A stretch of 64,000 bases of DNA from an uncultured Clostridium sp. (GCA_902488975.1 CABTYG010000003.1:48723-112722), one strand, 5' to 3'; numbered from the stretch's first letter, positions 33,453 to 44,103 are shown. Notes: a model not told the origin generated them from the sequence alone. Program-made: numbers and translations.

Positions 33453-34365
33453 CTAATTCACCGCCAAACACCGCATCAAATAGAATACTATCGATTTTTG
33501 TAAAATCCCAATACCAGATTTCTAATAAATCTATACTGTTATCATTTGAATATATCTTTTTTCTCTTGTCATGTTCTTGTTGTATATTGAATGAATCTTC
33601 ATCCTGTTGCCAAGCTGTGCCATCGTGGAATTCCCCTTGATATTCTATTAATAAGTTTTTTTGGGGCAAATAAAAATCGAAGGAAAGATTTTTTCCTCCG
33701 ACCCCTAATAAATTATCATATTTTTTTTGTGTAACATATTCTATATCGTGTTTATTTAAGAACACTTCTATGTTTTTTTCACCAAATGATTTATTACATT
33801 TAGGACAGCCATAATTGGGTTTTAAAGCATCAAAAGCTGTTCTATCAAATTCTAGTCCGCAATTTATGCATTTTAATTTTATTTTTTTTCTTGACCCTAT
33901 GTATTTAGAAATTATCTTTAATTCACTATGTACAGCATAAAATTCACGCTCAAAATCATTTCTGTTTTTCATCTGTTTTATAGAACTTCTTTTATTCCCA
34001 CATATTTTACATCCATGCCCTTTTAGTAGACTATCAGGTGTCGAACTCCAAGTATTACCATCGATCAGACACAAACATTCAATCTTTGTTCTTGCATTAG
34101 TATATTTCCCAATCACCTCAATTTTATTGTTGATTTTAGACAATCTTTCCTTGAAAATATTTAAAGTCATTCTCGTGTCAGCGCACGAAGGACATCCGTG
34201 CTTACTCAACAAATAATTAGGGGATTTAAAAAATGTAGTCTTACATTTATTACAGAAACACTCTATTTTAGTAGCATTATTAATATATATTCCACACACA
34301 GATATATCAGGATGATGTGTTTTTATTTCTAAAATAAATTCTTCATCAGTCTTTTTTTTAGCCAT
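33436..34365 (-). CDS. free-standing Zn-ribbon / Vsr-EDxHD-like homing endonuclease
   Basis: GCPxC repeats; LSFDFYLP...IEYQGEFHD; same architecture as 12441-13577. Confidence 0.8.
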   Translation of the reverse strand: MAKKKTDEEFILEIKTHHPDISVCGIYINNATKIECFCNKCKTTFFKSPNYLLSKHGCPSCADTRMTLNIFKERLSKINNKIEVIGKYTNARTKIECLCLIDGNTWSSTPDSLLKGHGCKICGNKRSSIKQMKNRNDFEREFYAVHSELKIISKYIGSRKKIKLKCINCGLEFDRTAFDALKPNYGCPKCNKSFGEKNIEVFLNKHDIEYVTQKKYDNLLGVGGKNLSFDFYLPQKNLLIEYQGEFHDGTAWQQDEDSFNIQQEHDKRKKIYSNDNSIDLLEIWYWDFTKIDSILFDAVFGGELDDSNS

Positions 34366-34368
34366 AAA

Positions 34369-35475
34369 TCAATCCTCCTCATTATCTAATGAAGCCGAGA
34401 AAACTGCATCGAAAAGTGCCTCATCATCGTCCTCATATTCTGGCTTATCTACTTTATATTTTTTCATTTCTTCTTCGTACATTCTAGAGTATGAATTTTT
34501 AATACCCATCATCTTACATAGATGACCAAGAAAATAAACAGTTATATATCGAACAATTCCGTCAACATCTTTCCATTCATCGTCTGGTTCTGGAATTGGT
34601 TTTTCATTTTCCCACTTCCGGATTAGAGTACCAAATGTATTTTGTTCAGCTAAAGTATTATCTTTAGTCTGCTTTGGCTGAAGATTCGCAGTAGCTAATA
34701 AGTCTTGAAGAGTCTTAGTTAAATCTTTTGTAGGTTGCTTTAAGCGCTTTGCTTTCAGAATATCAAGCTGCGCATAGCATATCTGTTTAAAAACCTCTTC
34801 TTGCGCCTTAGTATTACATTCATGTCGAGTAGTCCAATCAAGGTATTCGTCCTCTAAAAAAAGATAATCTTCATCTTCAAATCCGGTTCCAAAAAACTTT
34901 ACAGTTTTAACTTTAGTCCTTTTTGAATCCTTAATATCATCCAATGTTTCAATCACATTATCGTCTTCTTCATCTTCATTTGATCTAATCTTTATTGTAT
35001 CAATATAGGTTGATCCTTTTCTCACAGTTTGATTTAAGTTTAATTTATTTGCATAATCTCCAACACGACTTCTGTCTTCTGATATCTGTTTGGATGCACC
35101 AAGTGGTTCTTCATGAAAAAACCAATCAAATAATTGACACATTCGATCAATCGCCTTTTCTTCATTCCCACTGTAAAGTTCCAATAAAGAATAATAATAA
35201 CTATCTCTGCAATCAGAACATATATTTACATACCCATCATTTCCGACAAACAGGGGAGATTTACTTTTATTAAACTTTCTTGGCGTGTCCCAATATTGTC
35301 CACAACAAGTACATTTATATTTTTTAATCTCTTTTAAGTTAGCTTGATCTATTTTATTATTTAATAATTTAATATCCACATCTTGATTGACAAGTGTCTT
35401 CGAATTAAATGATTTTTTAGCAGCCTCAGCACTTGTCATTCCGTATGATTTTGGCTTTGCCAAAAATATCACCAT
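34369..35475 (-). CDS. Zn-binding protein upstream of terminase (YonG-like, possible small terminase)
   Basis: CTCCG...CSDC; TFGTLIRKWENEKPIP; gene order. Confidence 0.55.
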   Translation of the reverse strand: MVIFLAKPKSYGMTSAEAAKKSFNSKTLVNQDVDIKLLNNKIDQANLKEIKKYKCTCCGQYWDTPRKFNKSKSPLFVGNDGYVNICSDCRDSYYYSLLELYSGNEEKAIDRMCQLFDWFFHEEPLGASKQISEDRSRVGDYANKLNLNQTVRKGSTYIDTIKIRSNEDEEDDNVIETLDDIKDSKRTKVKTVKFFGTGFEDEDYLFLEDEYLDWTTRHECNTKAQEEVFKQICYAQLDILKAKRLKQPTKDLTKTLQDLLATANLQPKQTKDNTLAEQNTFGTLIRKWENEKPIPEPDDEWKDVDGIVRYITVYFLGHLCKMMGIKNSYSRMYEEEMKKYKVDKPEYEDDDEALFDAVFSASLDNEED

Positions 35476-35542
35476 CCTCTCATAATAAAAGAGAGTGGAA
35501 CTAAGCCACTCTCAAAACTGAATCAAAATCTTATTTTATCTA

Positions 35543-35938
35543 CTATTCATTAATGTCGTAGCAATAATACCTAGCCTTTTCAGCATGATTTTTACTGAAT
35601 AATATTGAATTGCAGTCATTGTTAATGAATACAACAGAAGAATAATATCCAAGATATAACTCTTTTTCTGTGTAATAAATAGGCTCAATGCTAACAATTA
35701 GGTTTTCATCAATGGTAAGGGCAAATTCTTTATTGTAACCAGACATCCCCACGTCATGTAATTCAAGTGCGCCAACTTCAACATCTGGATATTGCAGTAA
35801 CTCAACAAGAACAGTAGCAATTTCATCATAGTCGCTAATTACTGAAATGCAACCAATATCATCTAAAGCTTTTGCCTCCTCGATAGCATCTTTAGCTAAA
35901 AAGAATAATGATGTATATGTAGTATCGTGTTTAGACAC
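35543..35938 (-). CDS. hypothetical protein
   Basis: ORF with RBS. Confidence 0.55.
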   Translation of the reverse strand: MSKHDTTYTSLFFLAKDAIEEAKALDDIGCISVISDYDEIATVLVELLQYPDVEVGALELHDVGMSGYNKEFALTIDENLIVSIEPIYYTEKELYLGYYSSVVFINNDCNSILFSKNHAEKARYYCYDINE

Positions 35939-35998
35939 GTTAATTCCCTTCTTTCTTCAATAAAATAGGAGAGTAGTGAACCCTCCATCAGATAATTA

Positions 35999-37228
35999 CT
36001 AACTTAGTTTAATATTGTACGTAGATTCGCGACCGTCTTCTTTATTGAACACAATGAATGTTTGGCCTGCTGTTGAATAAAGCCTTTTGTCACTTGCATA
36101 ATCATCACTTCCACACAGAGAACGAGATAAAATACTTTCAATTCCAAATTGTTCAAATTCTTCCAGGTGGTGTTTGTCGCCTGTTATCGTGTAATCAATC
36201 GTTTCGCCGTATAACTTAGAGAAAATAGTGTTAAATGTAACTCCAATATTTTTAAAATTACTCTCTAAATCGCCATGAGTAGCGACTATGTTATAGCCAC
36301 AAACGTTCAACTTAATAAACTCATGAAAATCACTATATACAATATGAATGTCTTCACGATCTTTAAATCTTTGTTCTAACCACCAAGGAATTAATTTTTC
36401 CATATTGTCAGAATGAATACTGTCATTTTTATTTTGAATAGATCTAGCATGATTCCCATATGTATTGTAAACTAAAGTCTCTTGAACCGTGTTTGATAAT
36501 TCATTTATTGCTTGTGCAATAATTTCTGAGACTTTCATTAATTGTTCACTCACATATTCCTCGGAAGCAACACGAGCCGAGGTATGAATCCCACCGTGAA
36601 TTTCATCTCCAAGTAGGAGTATATGTAATTTACTTACTTGATTTAGTTTAATGAAGTTCTTTGCTTTATTTACAAATTTAACAACACGTTCTTTACATAC
36701 TTCTGTATTAAACTTGTTCCATATGTTATCTGTGATCATTCCATAGTGCCAGTCAGAAAATACAACTACGCCCTCTTTATCCGAATAAGTAGTAATAAAT
36801 TTGTCAAATCCTAATGGTTGTTCTTCATTTAGTCTATCTGCTGAATCTATTAAGCAAGCTGTAAGGTTGTCAGCCCTTCCATCAGAAACTAAAAGCTTAT
36901 TATATTCACGACGCTGATCAGCCACTTGTCGTTTCACTTTATACAATTCATCTTTTTGAATCTGTAATTCTTTTAAATACTTTTCTTCATTGAACGCATC
37001 AAAAACACCGGCTTCGTAGAAGTTTCTTGCATATTTTACTTCTTTTCTATAAGCAGACTCACCTTTATACTGAGGTTCATCGTCGCCGTACAACTCTTTG
37101 TTTACAATAGGAGTAACTTGTTCCCAGTTATCATATTTACCTGAGATAATAAGATTATCTACCCTCCAAATATAGTGGTAGTAACCTTCATTTTCTAATC
37201 TATGTAAATCGTTAATTATTCGCACCAC
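35999..37228 (-). CDS. calcineurin-like metallophosphoesterase (YonJ-like)
   Basis: SDWHYG, LGDEIHG, GNHAR, THGD, GDKHH motifs. Confidence 0.85.
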   Translation of the reverse strand: MVRIINDLHRLENEGYYHYIWRVDNLIISGKYDNWEQVTPIVNKELYGDDEPQYKGESAYRKEVKYARNFYEAGVFDAFNEEKYLKELQIQKDELYKVKRQVADQRREYNKLLVSDGRADNLTACLIDSADRLNEEQPLGFDKFITTYSDKEGVVVFSDWHYGMITDNIWNKFNTEVCKERVVKFVNKAKNFIKLNQVSKLHILLLGDEIHGGIHTSARVASEEYVSEQLMKVSEIIAQAINELSNTVQETLVYNTYGNHARSIQNKNDSIHSDNMEKLIPWWLEQRFKDREDIHIVYSDFHEFIKLNVCGYNIVATHGDLESNFKNIGVTFNTIFSKLYGETIDYTITGDKHHLEEFEQFGIESILSRSLCGSDDYASDKRLYSTAGQTFIVFNKEDGRESTYNIKLS

Positions 37229-37236
37229 CTTACTAA

Positions 37237-37440
37237 TTATTTTTCATTGTCTTCTAAATCAACCTCTGATTCAGATTTAGCAGTTACATTTAATTCAAAT
37301 GTTTCACCTTCGGGATACACCTTGCCCAATAGTTCAACTAAATCGCTTTCAGCCCCATCGTGAAAGAATTTCCCATCTACGATAGAAGCATTCTTAATTT
37401 TTACATCTTTTTTGTTTGTTTCTTTTATAGTTAATGCCAT
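37237..37440 (-). CDS. YonK-like small protein
   Basis: Gene order before the YonJ-like gene; GGAGG RBS. Confidence 0.5.
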   Translation of the reverse strand: MALTIKETNKKDVKIKNASIVDGKFFHDGAESDLVELLGKVYPEGETFELNVTAKSESEVDLEDNEK

Positions 37441-37580
37441 TGTGCAGTTCCTCCAATAATTTAATGATATATTTGTTACTATTTAACATAGATTTATTTT
37501 GCATATAGACGTATAATGTAAAAGGAGAAGTATAAGCTAAAAACCGAAATAAAAAAATATAATAGAATCCGACTTTGATA

Positions 37581-37883
37581 CTATCTCTTTTTAATCGGAT
37601 TAAAATAGTATTGTTTGCGACCTTTCTGCAACCTTACGTCAATTAATTCTTGCACTTTATTGTTATAATTCTCGTCGTCTGAGAGCCTAATTAAAGACTT
37701 TAATATGTATATACTTGTGTTTCTTGGTATTTTTCGGTGTATAACACTAGAAATTACAGAATTACAAGCAGATAGAGATTGAAGATGAGTGTGTTTATTG
37801 CCGTCAATATCAATGCGTTTAACTCTGTATCCATCACTTGTTTGGTCAATTACAAAATCTTTACGATCAATTTTTAACACCAT
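37581..37883 (-). CDS. hypothetical phage protein
   Basis: KHTHL...YILKSLIRLSDD pattern. Confidence 0.55.
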   Translation of the reverse strand: MVLKIDRKDFVIDQTSDGYRVKRIDIDGNKHTHLQSLSACNSVISSVIHRKIPRNTSIYILKSLIRLSDDENYNNKVQELIDVRLQKGRKQYYFNPIKKR

Positions 37884-37901
37884 CTTTCAGATATATTTTA
37901 A

Positions 37902-38084
37902 TTACTTACTAACTTTAATTGAATTACGATATTGTTTTAACGCAGATAATGCAATTGGATCTTCAACAACTCTATATTTATGCCATCTTGAGTTTGAATT
38001 GTCCTTTACTAAATATCCTTTGCCTGTATTTCTTAGATATTCAGCTTCATCTTTTCTTATTTTCTTCAAGTAATTAGTAACCAC
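37902..38084 (-). CDS. hypothetical phage protein
   Basis: IRKDEAEYLR...KYRVVE; first gene after the structured leader. Confidence 0.5.
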   Translation of the reverse strand: MVTNYLKKIRKDEAEYLRNTGKGYLVKDNSNSRWHKYRVVEDPIALSALKQYRNSIKVSK

Positions 38085-38510
38085 CTTTCATAATAAATTT
38101 AAAAAAGCCTACGTAATACGTAGACCATATGTATATTTATTCAATTGAGACGATTATAGGATGGACGGCCTTCCATCATCTCAGGTTCTTCTAAATAGAA
38201 GAGTGTAGAGCACCTTTTCTACTTCAATAATCATCTGATTTTTAGCAGTTTACTCTGCGATGGAATAGATTTTAAGTCTCTATTCTGACTTTTTTTTTTG
38301 GAATTTATACCCTATCACATCACTCCGCAGAGCAATGTTTAGATTATAATCCACGCAGGAATCTATAATACGATCACTTAATTTGGATTAGTGAATGCGC
38401 CACTGAATATAAACAGCAACGCACCCACCAAGATAGAAGAGTATATGAAAATAAAAGTTGTGATTATGTAAGTAAAATAGCTGTTTTATTATAATTATAC
38501 TTAGTTATAA

Positions 38511-38543
38511 AAAATAGGGCAGATTTCATTCACCCACCCTATT
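38511..38543 (-). terminator. intrinsic terminator in late leader
   Basis: AATAGGGTGG...CTGCCCTATT followed by a U-tract on the minus strand. Confidence 0.65.
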
Positions 38544-38744
38544 GATTCAATTCCACACATCTAGCCTGTGGAGTAGCTATAAATCGCGACCTCATATTTA
38601 TTACACGCATCGAGCAAAAGCGTGGAAGCCTACTTGTACTATCTCGCACGTTCTCTCTTCATATAGCGGACGAATTTTATCGGCTGTAATAGGCATAAAT
38701 AGGGCGTTGTAGAAAATCAACGGTGCTCAATAAATGCGTTTTTT

Positions 38745-41618
38745 CTAATTTTTCTTGAAATTATTCAAAAATTTATCTCTATCAACTTTATATAGTATAT
38801 TTAAAATTTTTCTCGTATACTTATTATTAAATTTTTTTGTTGATTCTTTGTTATTATTTTTTTCAATTTCTAATGATGTTTCTATTAGTCTATTAATCGT
38901 TATTGCATTTTTTATGTTCATTTTTCTTATTTGTAAAATAACTTCGTTTGTTTTTTCTACAATTAAATCATAAGCCTGGTCATTTTCTTCTATGTGTTTT
39001 ATATTCTCAGAAACAAAATCATCATAGTCTACTATTATTTTTTTTATTTTATTCATAGATCTAGAATTAGCTTTTCCATTTATCTTATTAAAAAAATCTT
39101 CTGTAGGTGTGCTGTTTTCATTGCTTGACATTTGAATATTATTTATTACATCTTGCAGCCAATTCATAGGACAAATTAATGACTTATTAATTCTTCTTCT
39201 AATTTTATCTTTAGATTCTTTTATTTCTTCATATGGAATTTCAACACCATTTTTAGTTAATTTAACTTCCTTAGTGTATTTCATAAATTCAGGCAAATCG
39301 TGTTTAATTTTTATATTTTTTTCACCATCCCATATTTCTTTTGTTAAATTCATACATTCCATTTTTTTAATTCTTTCAATTTCGGTAATTGGGTCAACTT
39401 CATATTCACGTTTACAACTATCAATTGCCACTTGAGCTAATACTGACAAAATTACAAAATTATCATATAGTTCTTTATTACCAGGATTAGTCCAATAATA
39501 TGTCATTGCTAATTGTGCTAGATTACTAGATTCTCCAATTGACATTCTTGATTTTGCAAATTTATTATCCATATCAGCATAAGATAATTTAGTATTTTCA
39601 TAAGTAATATTACTTTCCTTTAATTTATTAACTATAGTCGGATAGCTCTCATAACATATTCTTGCATATTCAACTAAAGTATTTTGATTAGTTCCAAAGA
39701 AAAAATCACTATCTTCGTCACATCCGTTTGCTCTGTCCTGAATATCACTTTTAATACAGTTTATTGCAAGTATATTATCACTAAATGGAAAATATTTTTT
39801 CATTTCTTCACTATAGACATTATGTAAATATAAAATATTATTCGGACTATTATGTGGGTTTCTAAATGCACATAAATATTCATTGTCAGAAAACCTAGTT
39901 GTATAACATTGTATAGCCCCTACTTCATGATTTAATGTTGGATCTTTACTCCAGTCTTCCCCAACAGAATAGAGGAGCAATGCATATGGGTTCCCACATA
40001 TAGTTAAATTGTCAGCATCTACAGCTATTTTCCCTTTTCTGAGTTTAGTGACATAATTGTTAATTATTTTTCTTTTTTCTAATCTAAACCATTCACTGTT
40101 TCCAAAATTATTATTATGTTTATACAAGTCAGCTAACATTTCATAATGATTAATTTCATTTGCATTTTTTCTTAGAAACTTTTCGAACTCATCATTATCT
40201 TGTTTTAATAACTCAACAAATTCAACACTTGTTTTTGCAATATCTTGTACATCTTCCTTTTTACATGGAAGAGTGTTTATCATTTGATAACTCATTTGTT
40301 GAACATCCCCAAGTTTACTCTCATGATCCGTTTTAACTATACCAAATATTGAACCATCAACATTAATTCTATTGCGCCAATATTGATATGCTTCTAAATC
40401 TGAATTTCCCATCAAATCTTTAAACTTAAGCCACTTAATAGAATTGTTAGTTGTAATAACTTTAATATCTTTTAATAAATGAGGTAATCCAAACATATCG
40501 TAAACTATATACTCATTATAGTCATGTCCATTTTTTTCACACCAATCTTTAAAAAACAATTGCAAGTGTCCTCTAAATCCACACATCTTAAAGAAGTGAT
40601 TTCTCAATAACGCCATACCGTTAATATAATCTGGTAAAAAATCACTTTCAATCAACCCCATGCCATCCCAAATAGTGTTTTTTACTTTTGATATTTTTTC
40701 CTCTACAACACACTTTTTCTCTGTAGTTTCTATCTTTTTAAATGATCTTTTGTATATTGGATCACCATCATCGTCAAGTTTTCCATTTTCCAATGCTCTT
40801 TGTTTATTTATCTCTGTTTTTTCCTCGTCAATAACTCTTTTCGTTGCTTTATAATCTTCGGCCTTAACAATTTTAGTTATAGTTTCAAAAAAACTATCTT
40901 GATCATCTAAAATTAGTATATTTTCAACGGGAATATGTATTGTATCAATTATTGTGCTTGTAGTAAGTGGGGCATAAGCAGACATCTCAACTATCTTTGC
41001 GTTCTTCCTATCCATCTTTTTTCCCAATCCCATAGTAAGCCAATCATATGCTTTGCTATAGAGTTTTTCGTTAATAAACATAACTTGACCAATTTTTGCT
41101 TTTGAAGGAGTACGGAATAACATCTTATAGTGTATTTTGTCAATCTTCTTTACTTCCCCATGTTTATTAAGCGTTTTATATTCTACTTCAACTCCATTTT
41201 GATAAAATTCTTCTCTTATTTCTTCCTTTTTCTTTTTAATACAATTGTCTTTATTGGTTTCAATGAGATTAATTATTTTTTGAATTTTATCTTTTGAATT
41301 ATCAGAGGAAGAACCCAATATTTCTTTTAAATGCTTAATTTCTTCGTCATATGAGCGAGAGCCGAAATTAAACTCAAGACATATGATATCCCTCGTGCTT
41401 TCTCCCTTGTAGATATTCATGCCGTTTTTACTCATATACAGACTAAAAAGACTGTTACTTAACATCGCATCTGTATAATCATATCTTGTTCTCAAACCTT
41501 TGTTGTAACCATAAAGAGTACCTGCCTTTATATTTTTTATTTTAATTCCGTATTCACCCAATAATGTAACCCCCTTAGTCAAAAATAGTCTTTCTCTTAG
41601 TATTTTCTTCAATTTCAC
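38745..41618 (-). CDS. yonO: YonO-type single-subunit phage RNA polymerase (related to cellular RdRP); likely start TTG 41561
   Basis: RTPSKAKIG, WDGMGLI, LRNHFFK, FRNPH, QDRANGCDEDSD catalytic loop, IGESSNLAQ, QVAIDSCKR; sits immediately upstream of the late operon. Confidence 0.85.
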   Translation of the reverse strand: MKLKKILRERLFLTKGVTLLGEYGIKIKNIKAGTLYGYNKGLRTRYDYTDAMLSNSLFSLYMSKNGMNIYKGESTRDIICLEFNFGSRSYDEEIKHLKEILGSSSDNSKDKIQKIINLIETNKDNCIKKKKEEIREEFYQNGVEVEYKTLNKHGEVKKIDKIHYKMLFRTPSKAKIGQVMFINEKLYSKAYDWLTMGLGKKMDRKNAKIVEMSAYAPLTTSTIIDTIHIPVENILILDDQDSFFETITKIVKAEDYKATKRVIDEEKTEINKQRALENGKLDDDGDPIYKRSFKKIETTEKKCVVEEKISKVKNTIWDGMGLIESDFLPDYINGMALLRNHFFKMCGFRGHLQLFFKDWCEKNGHDYNEYIVYDMFGLPHLLKDIKVITTNNSIKWLKFKDLMGNSDLEAYQYWRNRINVDGSIFGIVKTDHESKLGDVQQMSYQMINTLPCKKEDVQDIAKTSVEFVELLKQDNDEFEKFLRKNANEINHYEMLADLYKHNNNFGNSEWFRLEKRKIINNYVTKLRKGKIAVDADNLTICGNPYALLLYSVGEDWSKDPTLNHEVGAIQCYTTRFSDNEYLCAFRNPHNSPNNILYLHNVYSEEMKKYFPFSDNILAINCIKSDIQDRANGCDEDSDFFFGTNQNTLVEYARICYESYPTIVNKLKESNITYENTKLSYADMDNKFAKSRMSIGESSNLAQLAMTYYWTNPGNKELYDNFVILSVLAQVAIDSCKREYEVDPITEIERIKKMECMNLTKEIWDGEKNIKIKHDLPEFMKYTKEVKLTKNGVEIPYEEIKESKDKIRRRINKSLICPMNWLQDVINNIQMSSNENSTPTEDFFNKINGKANSRSMNKIKKIIVDYDDFVSENIKHIEENDQAYDLIVEKTNEVILQIRKMNIKNAITINRLIETSLEIEKNNNKESTKKFNNKYTRKILNILYKVDRDKFLNNFKKN

Positions 41619-42365
41619 CCCTTAATTCATATTTATCAAGCAATGAATTAATCAATAAATCAAACATATCACGTAAATTTTTATTGTTCTCTATAACATC
41701 AAATTGTGAGCAATTATCTAAACTCATTTCAAAACAATAATCTGCTTATATTCATTCAAATCAATGTCATATAAATCCTCTAACTCTATGTATAAGTTCC
41801 TTAAAATAGTTAGCTGTGTTGCTCCAAAATAGTCCGCGAGTAATTTAATTTTTGGAGTTGTTTTATGTTTCCATTTACTATATTGTTTTGTTGATTGCTG
41901 ACGAGTTGCTAAATATTTAATAGATTGAATTTCATTTTTTACTGATTTTATTTCAAACAGGATAGAAGAGTAATCTATTGGTTGAATAACTTGCTGTATT
42001 CCTTTTACTTTAAAATATGAATTAATTAACTGCCTTTGTATATTCCAAGACAAATCATCATCAAAAACTTTTGCGATCATTAGGTATCCAGATTCAGTTA
42101 AAGAAGTTAGTCCTTTCGGTGCCGTAATGCCAAATAAAGTTTTTGCTTCGTACGTTTTGTGTACGAAATAATCTTCTCCATATTTAAATCTATTTTTATT
42201 TCTATTAAAAGCATTTCTAGCAGTACCATCTGGTCTATTATGCACCTCATCTATATCTCTTAATGTAACAATTCTTTGTCCTTTATATTCCTTAATTGTT
42301 AATTGCTTTTGATTAATGTCTATTATTTCATTCATGATTTTCTCCTTCCGATCTGTAAATTTCAT
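41575..42365 (-). pseudogene. ORF6N-domain antirepressor-like gene with apparent frameshift at ~41743
   Basis: N-terminal KEYKGQRIVTLRDIDEVHNRPDGTARNAF (ORF6N); after YK the alternate frame continues DYCFEMSLD...RKTIFD to a stop at 41575 abutting the yonO RBS. Confidence 0.65.
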
Positions 42366-42389
42366 AAAACCTACATATTAATTATAATT

Positions 42390-42812
42390 TTAATTATTCT
42401 TGTCTAACCAAACTTCAAAGTGTGTATTTTTACCGTCTGATTCTAGCCTTGTGTTTAGCATTGGTTCAAATCTCAATAAATCCACAATTTGATATGTATG
42501 ATAGCAGTAATCCGTATAACCTTTTCTAATTTGACCCAAAACATCATTTATGTATTTCACATATATGGAGTCGAGCGTATCATATCTGCACTCTGTATCC
42601 GTCAATGTTAAAAAAGTTCTGACAACGACTATATTATTAACATTTCTTCGCAAAATCTTTTTTGAAGATGGAATAGTGATTGATTTTAAATATGATAGAA
42701 TTTCTTGCCATTCCTCATTTGCTAATTGCTTTAATGTTTGTGAATCATCTTTCATTTTCAATAAATTATGTACGGTTTTAGCTATTTCGTTATTTATTAA
42801 ACTATCCTCCAT
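42390..42812 (-). CDS. hypothetical phage protein
   Basis: ORF with AAGGA RBS. Confidence 0.6.
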   Translation of the reverse strand: MEDSLINNEIAKTVHNLLKMKDDSQTLKQLANEEWQEILSYLKSITIPSSKKILRRNVNNIVVVRTFLTLTDTECRYDTLDSIYVKYINDVLGQIRKGYTDYCYHTYQIVDLLRFEPMLNTRLESDGKNTHFEVWLDKNN

Positions 42813-42857
42813 TTACTATCCTTTCTTAAAGTGTTTTCTTATAATTATACTCAGAGA

Positions 42858-43784
42858 TTATTTTTCAACATAGAAATCATACGTCTTAAACACACTTAAG
42901 TCCTTTAATCTTTCATTGTTTCCTTCTTTTATGTATCTAGCGTTTAAATCACGCATAGCCAAATATATTTCCTTACATTCATCATATGTATACTCAGGAT
43001 CAAGTCCTTGCTCAATACGTTTTTTAAGATGTCTAAACTTGTGAGAGTAGCCCCTGGTTTTATTAGCCACTGACTTATCAAGACGCTTATGCTTTATTTT
43101 TAAATGCTCTCCGTACGTTTCAGCAAATTCAGACCCCATGGAAATCACTATATCTTTATCTTGATATCTACCATATGTATTACCAATTTCAACAATGTTT
43201 CCAGTCTGAAAAATAATATAATCATTTGGTCTATACACGTAAATGATTTTTAACTTCTCTAGAACTTTTAAATAATTCAGTATTGTGTTCTTATGTAAGT
43301 TTGTATGGTAAGACATATCATCACTATTTAAAAAGCCAACTCCCTTTTTATCTCCAGTCTTACTAATTGTAGTCAGTAGATACGAGTAAAATCTCACTAT
43401 TGATATTGACTTAATGTAATATGTCTTAGATAGTTTTAAAATTTTTTCAATATGCTCTTCATCGATTGCGGTATAGAAATCTTTATCATTTAGTTTAAAC
43501 ACATTGATAAACGCAGTAGCCTCGATAATCCACTCATTTCGTTTCCCAAACGTATTAAGAGATATTAGCCCTTTATCCTTTAATCCATTAATTCCATCAA
43601 TCAAGTTCTTAGATAGGTTTGGTTCAACTGGTAAACTACGAGTTAACAAAAATGATAATGCATTGATGTTTGAGTAGTACACACATTCATCTTTTTTTAA
43701 CATTAAACATATCCCTAGTGCTGCTAAAAATTCATTAGTTGAATATGATTCATCGGTAGTAAGTTTATCTTTTATAAATATCAT
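42858..43784 (-). CDS. winged-HTH protein (possible replication initiator or regulator)
   Basis: MSYHTNLHKNTILNYLKVLEKLKIIYV...NTY pattern; GAAGGAGG RBS. Confidence 0.55.
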   Translation of the reverse strand: MIFIKDKLTTDESYSTNEFLAALGICLMLKKDECVYYSNINALSFLLTRSLPVEPNLSKNLIDGINGLKDKGLISLNTFGKRNEWIIEATAFINVFKLNDKDFYTAIDEEHIEKILKLSKTYYIKSISIVRFYSYLLTTISKTGDKKGVGFLNSDDMSYHTNLHKNTILNYLKVLEKLKIIYVYRPNDYIIFQTGNIVEIGNTYGRYQDKDIVISMGSEFAETYGEHLKIKHKRLDKSVANKTRGYSHKFRHLKKRIEQGLDPEYTYDECKEIYLAMRDLNARYIKEGNNERLKDLSVFKTYDFYVEK

Positions 43785-44074
43785 TTTTTTTAAGTTCCTC
43801 CTTCTTATTTAAAGTTGTTACATAAATATTACGTAAAACACGTAAAGTGCTGTTGTTAGGCAACTCTGATTTAAAAATTAAATAGAGGGTGTCTACTTTT
43901 ATCGTAATAGTTGTATTCATCTTTAATTATATAAAGATTAATTATATTAAGTTATTTATCTATTCGATTTTTATCTTGGGTATTTTGAGTGGAAAATTGG
44001 TTAGGTTCAATTTGCTGCTTTCCTATAATTATACTCAGAAGGTAGATTGTGATAATTCAATATGGATTACCAAT

Positions 44075-44103
44075 ATGGTATCATGAAAAAAAATGCTTGT
44101 CAA
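44075..44103 (-). promoter_or_regulatory. sigmaA promoter driving the wHTH-yonO operon
   Basis: TTGACA-17 nt-TACCAT with TGn extension on the minus strand. Confidence 0.65.

Noticed and set aside
33436..34365. A third intron around the free-standing endonuclease
   Set aside because: No non-coding room for a ribozyme core; the gene abuts or overlaps both neighbours
38095..38744. tRNA genes in the structured intergenic regions
   Set aside because: No cloverleaf with a TTCRA T-loop and acceptor stem found by eye here or at 50504-51552
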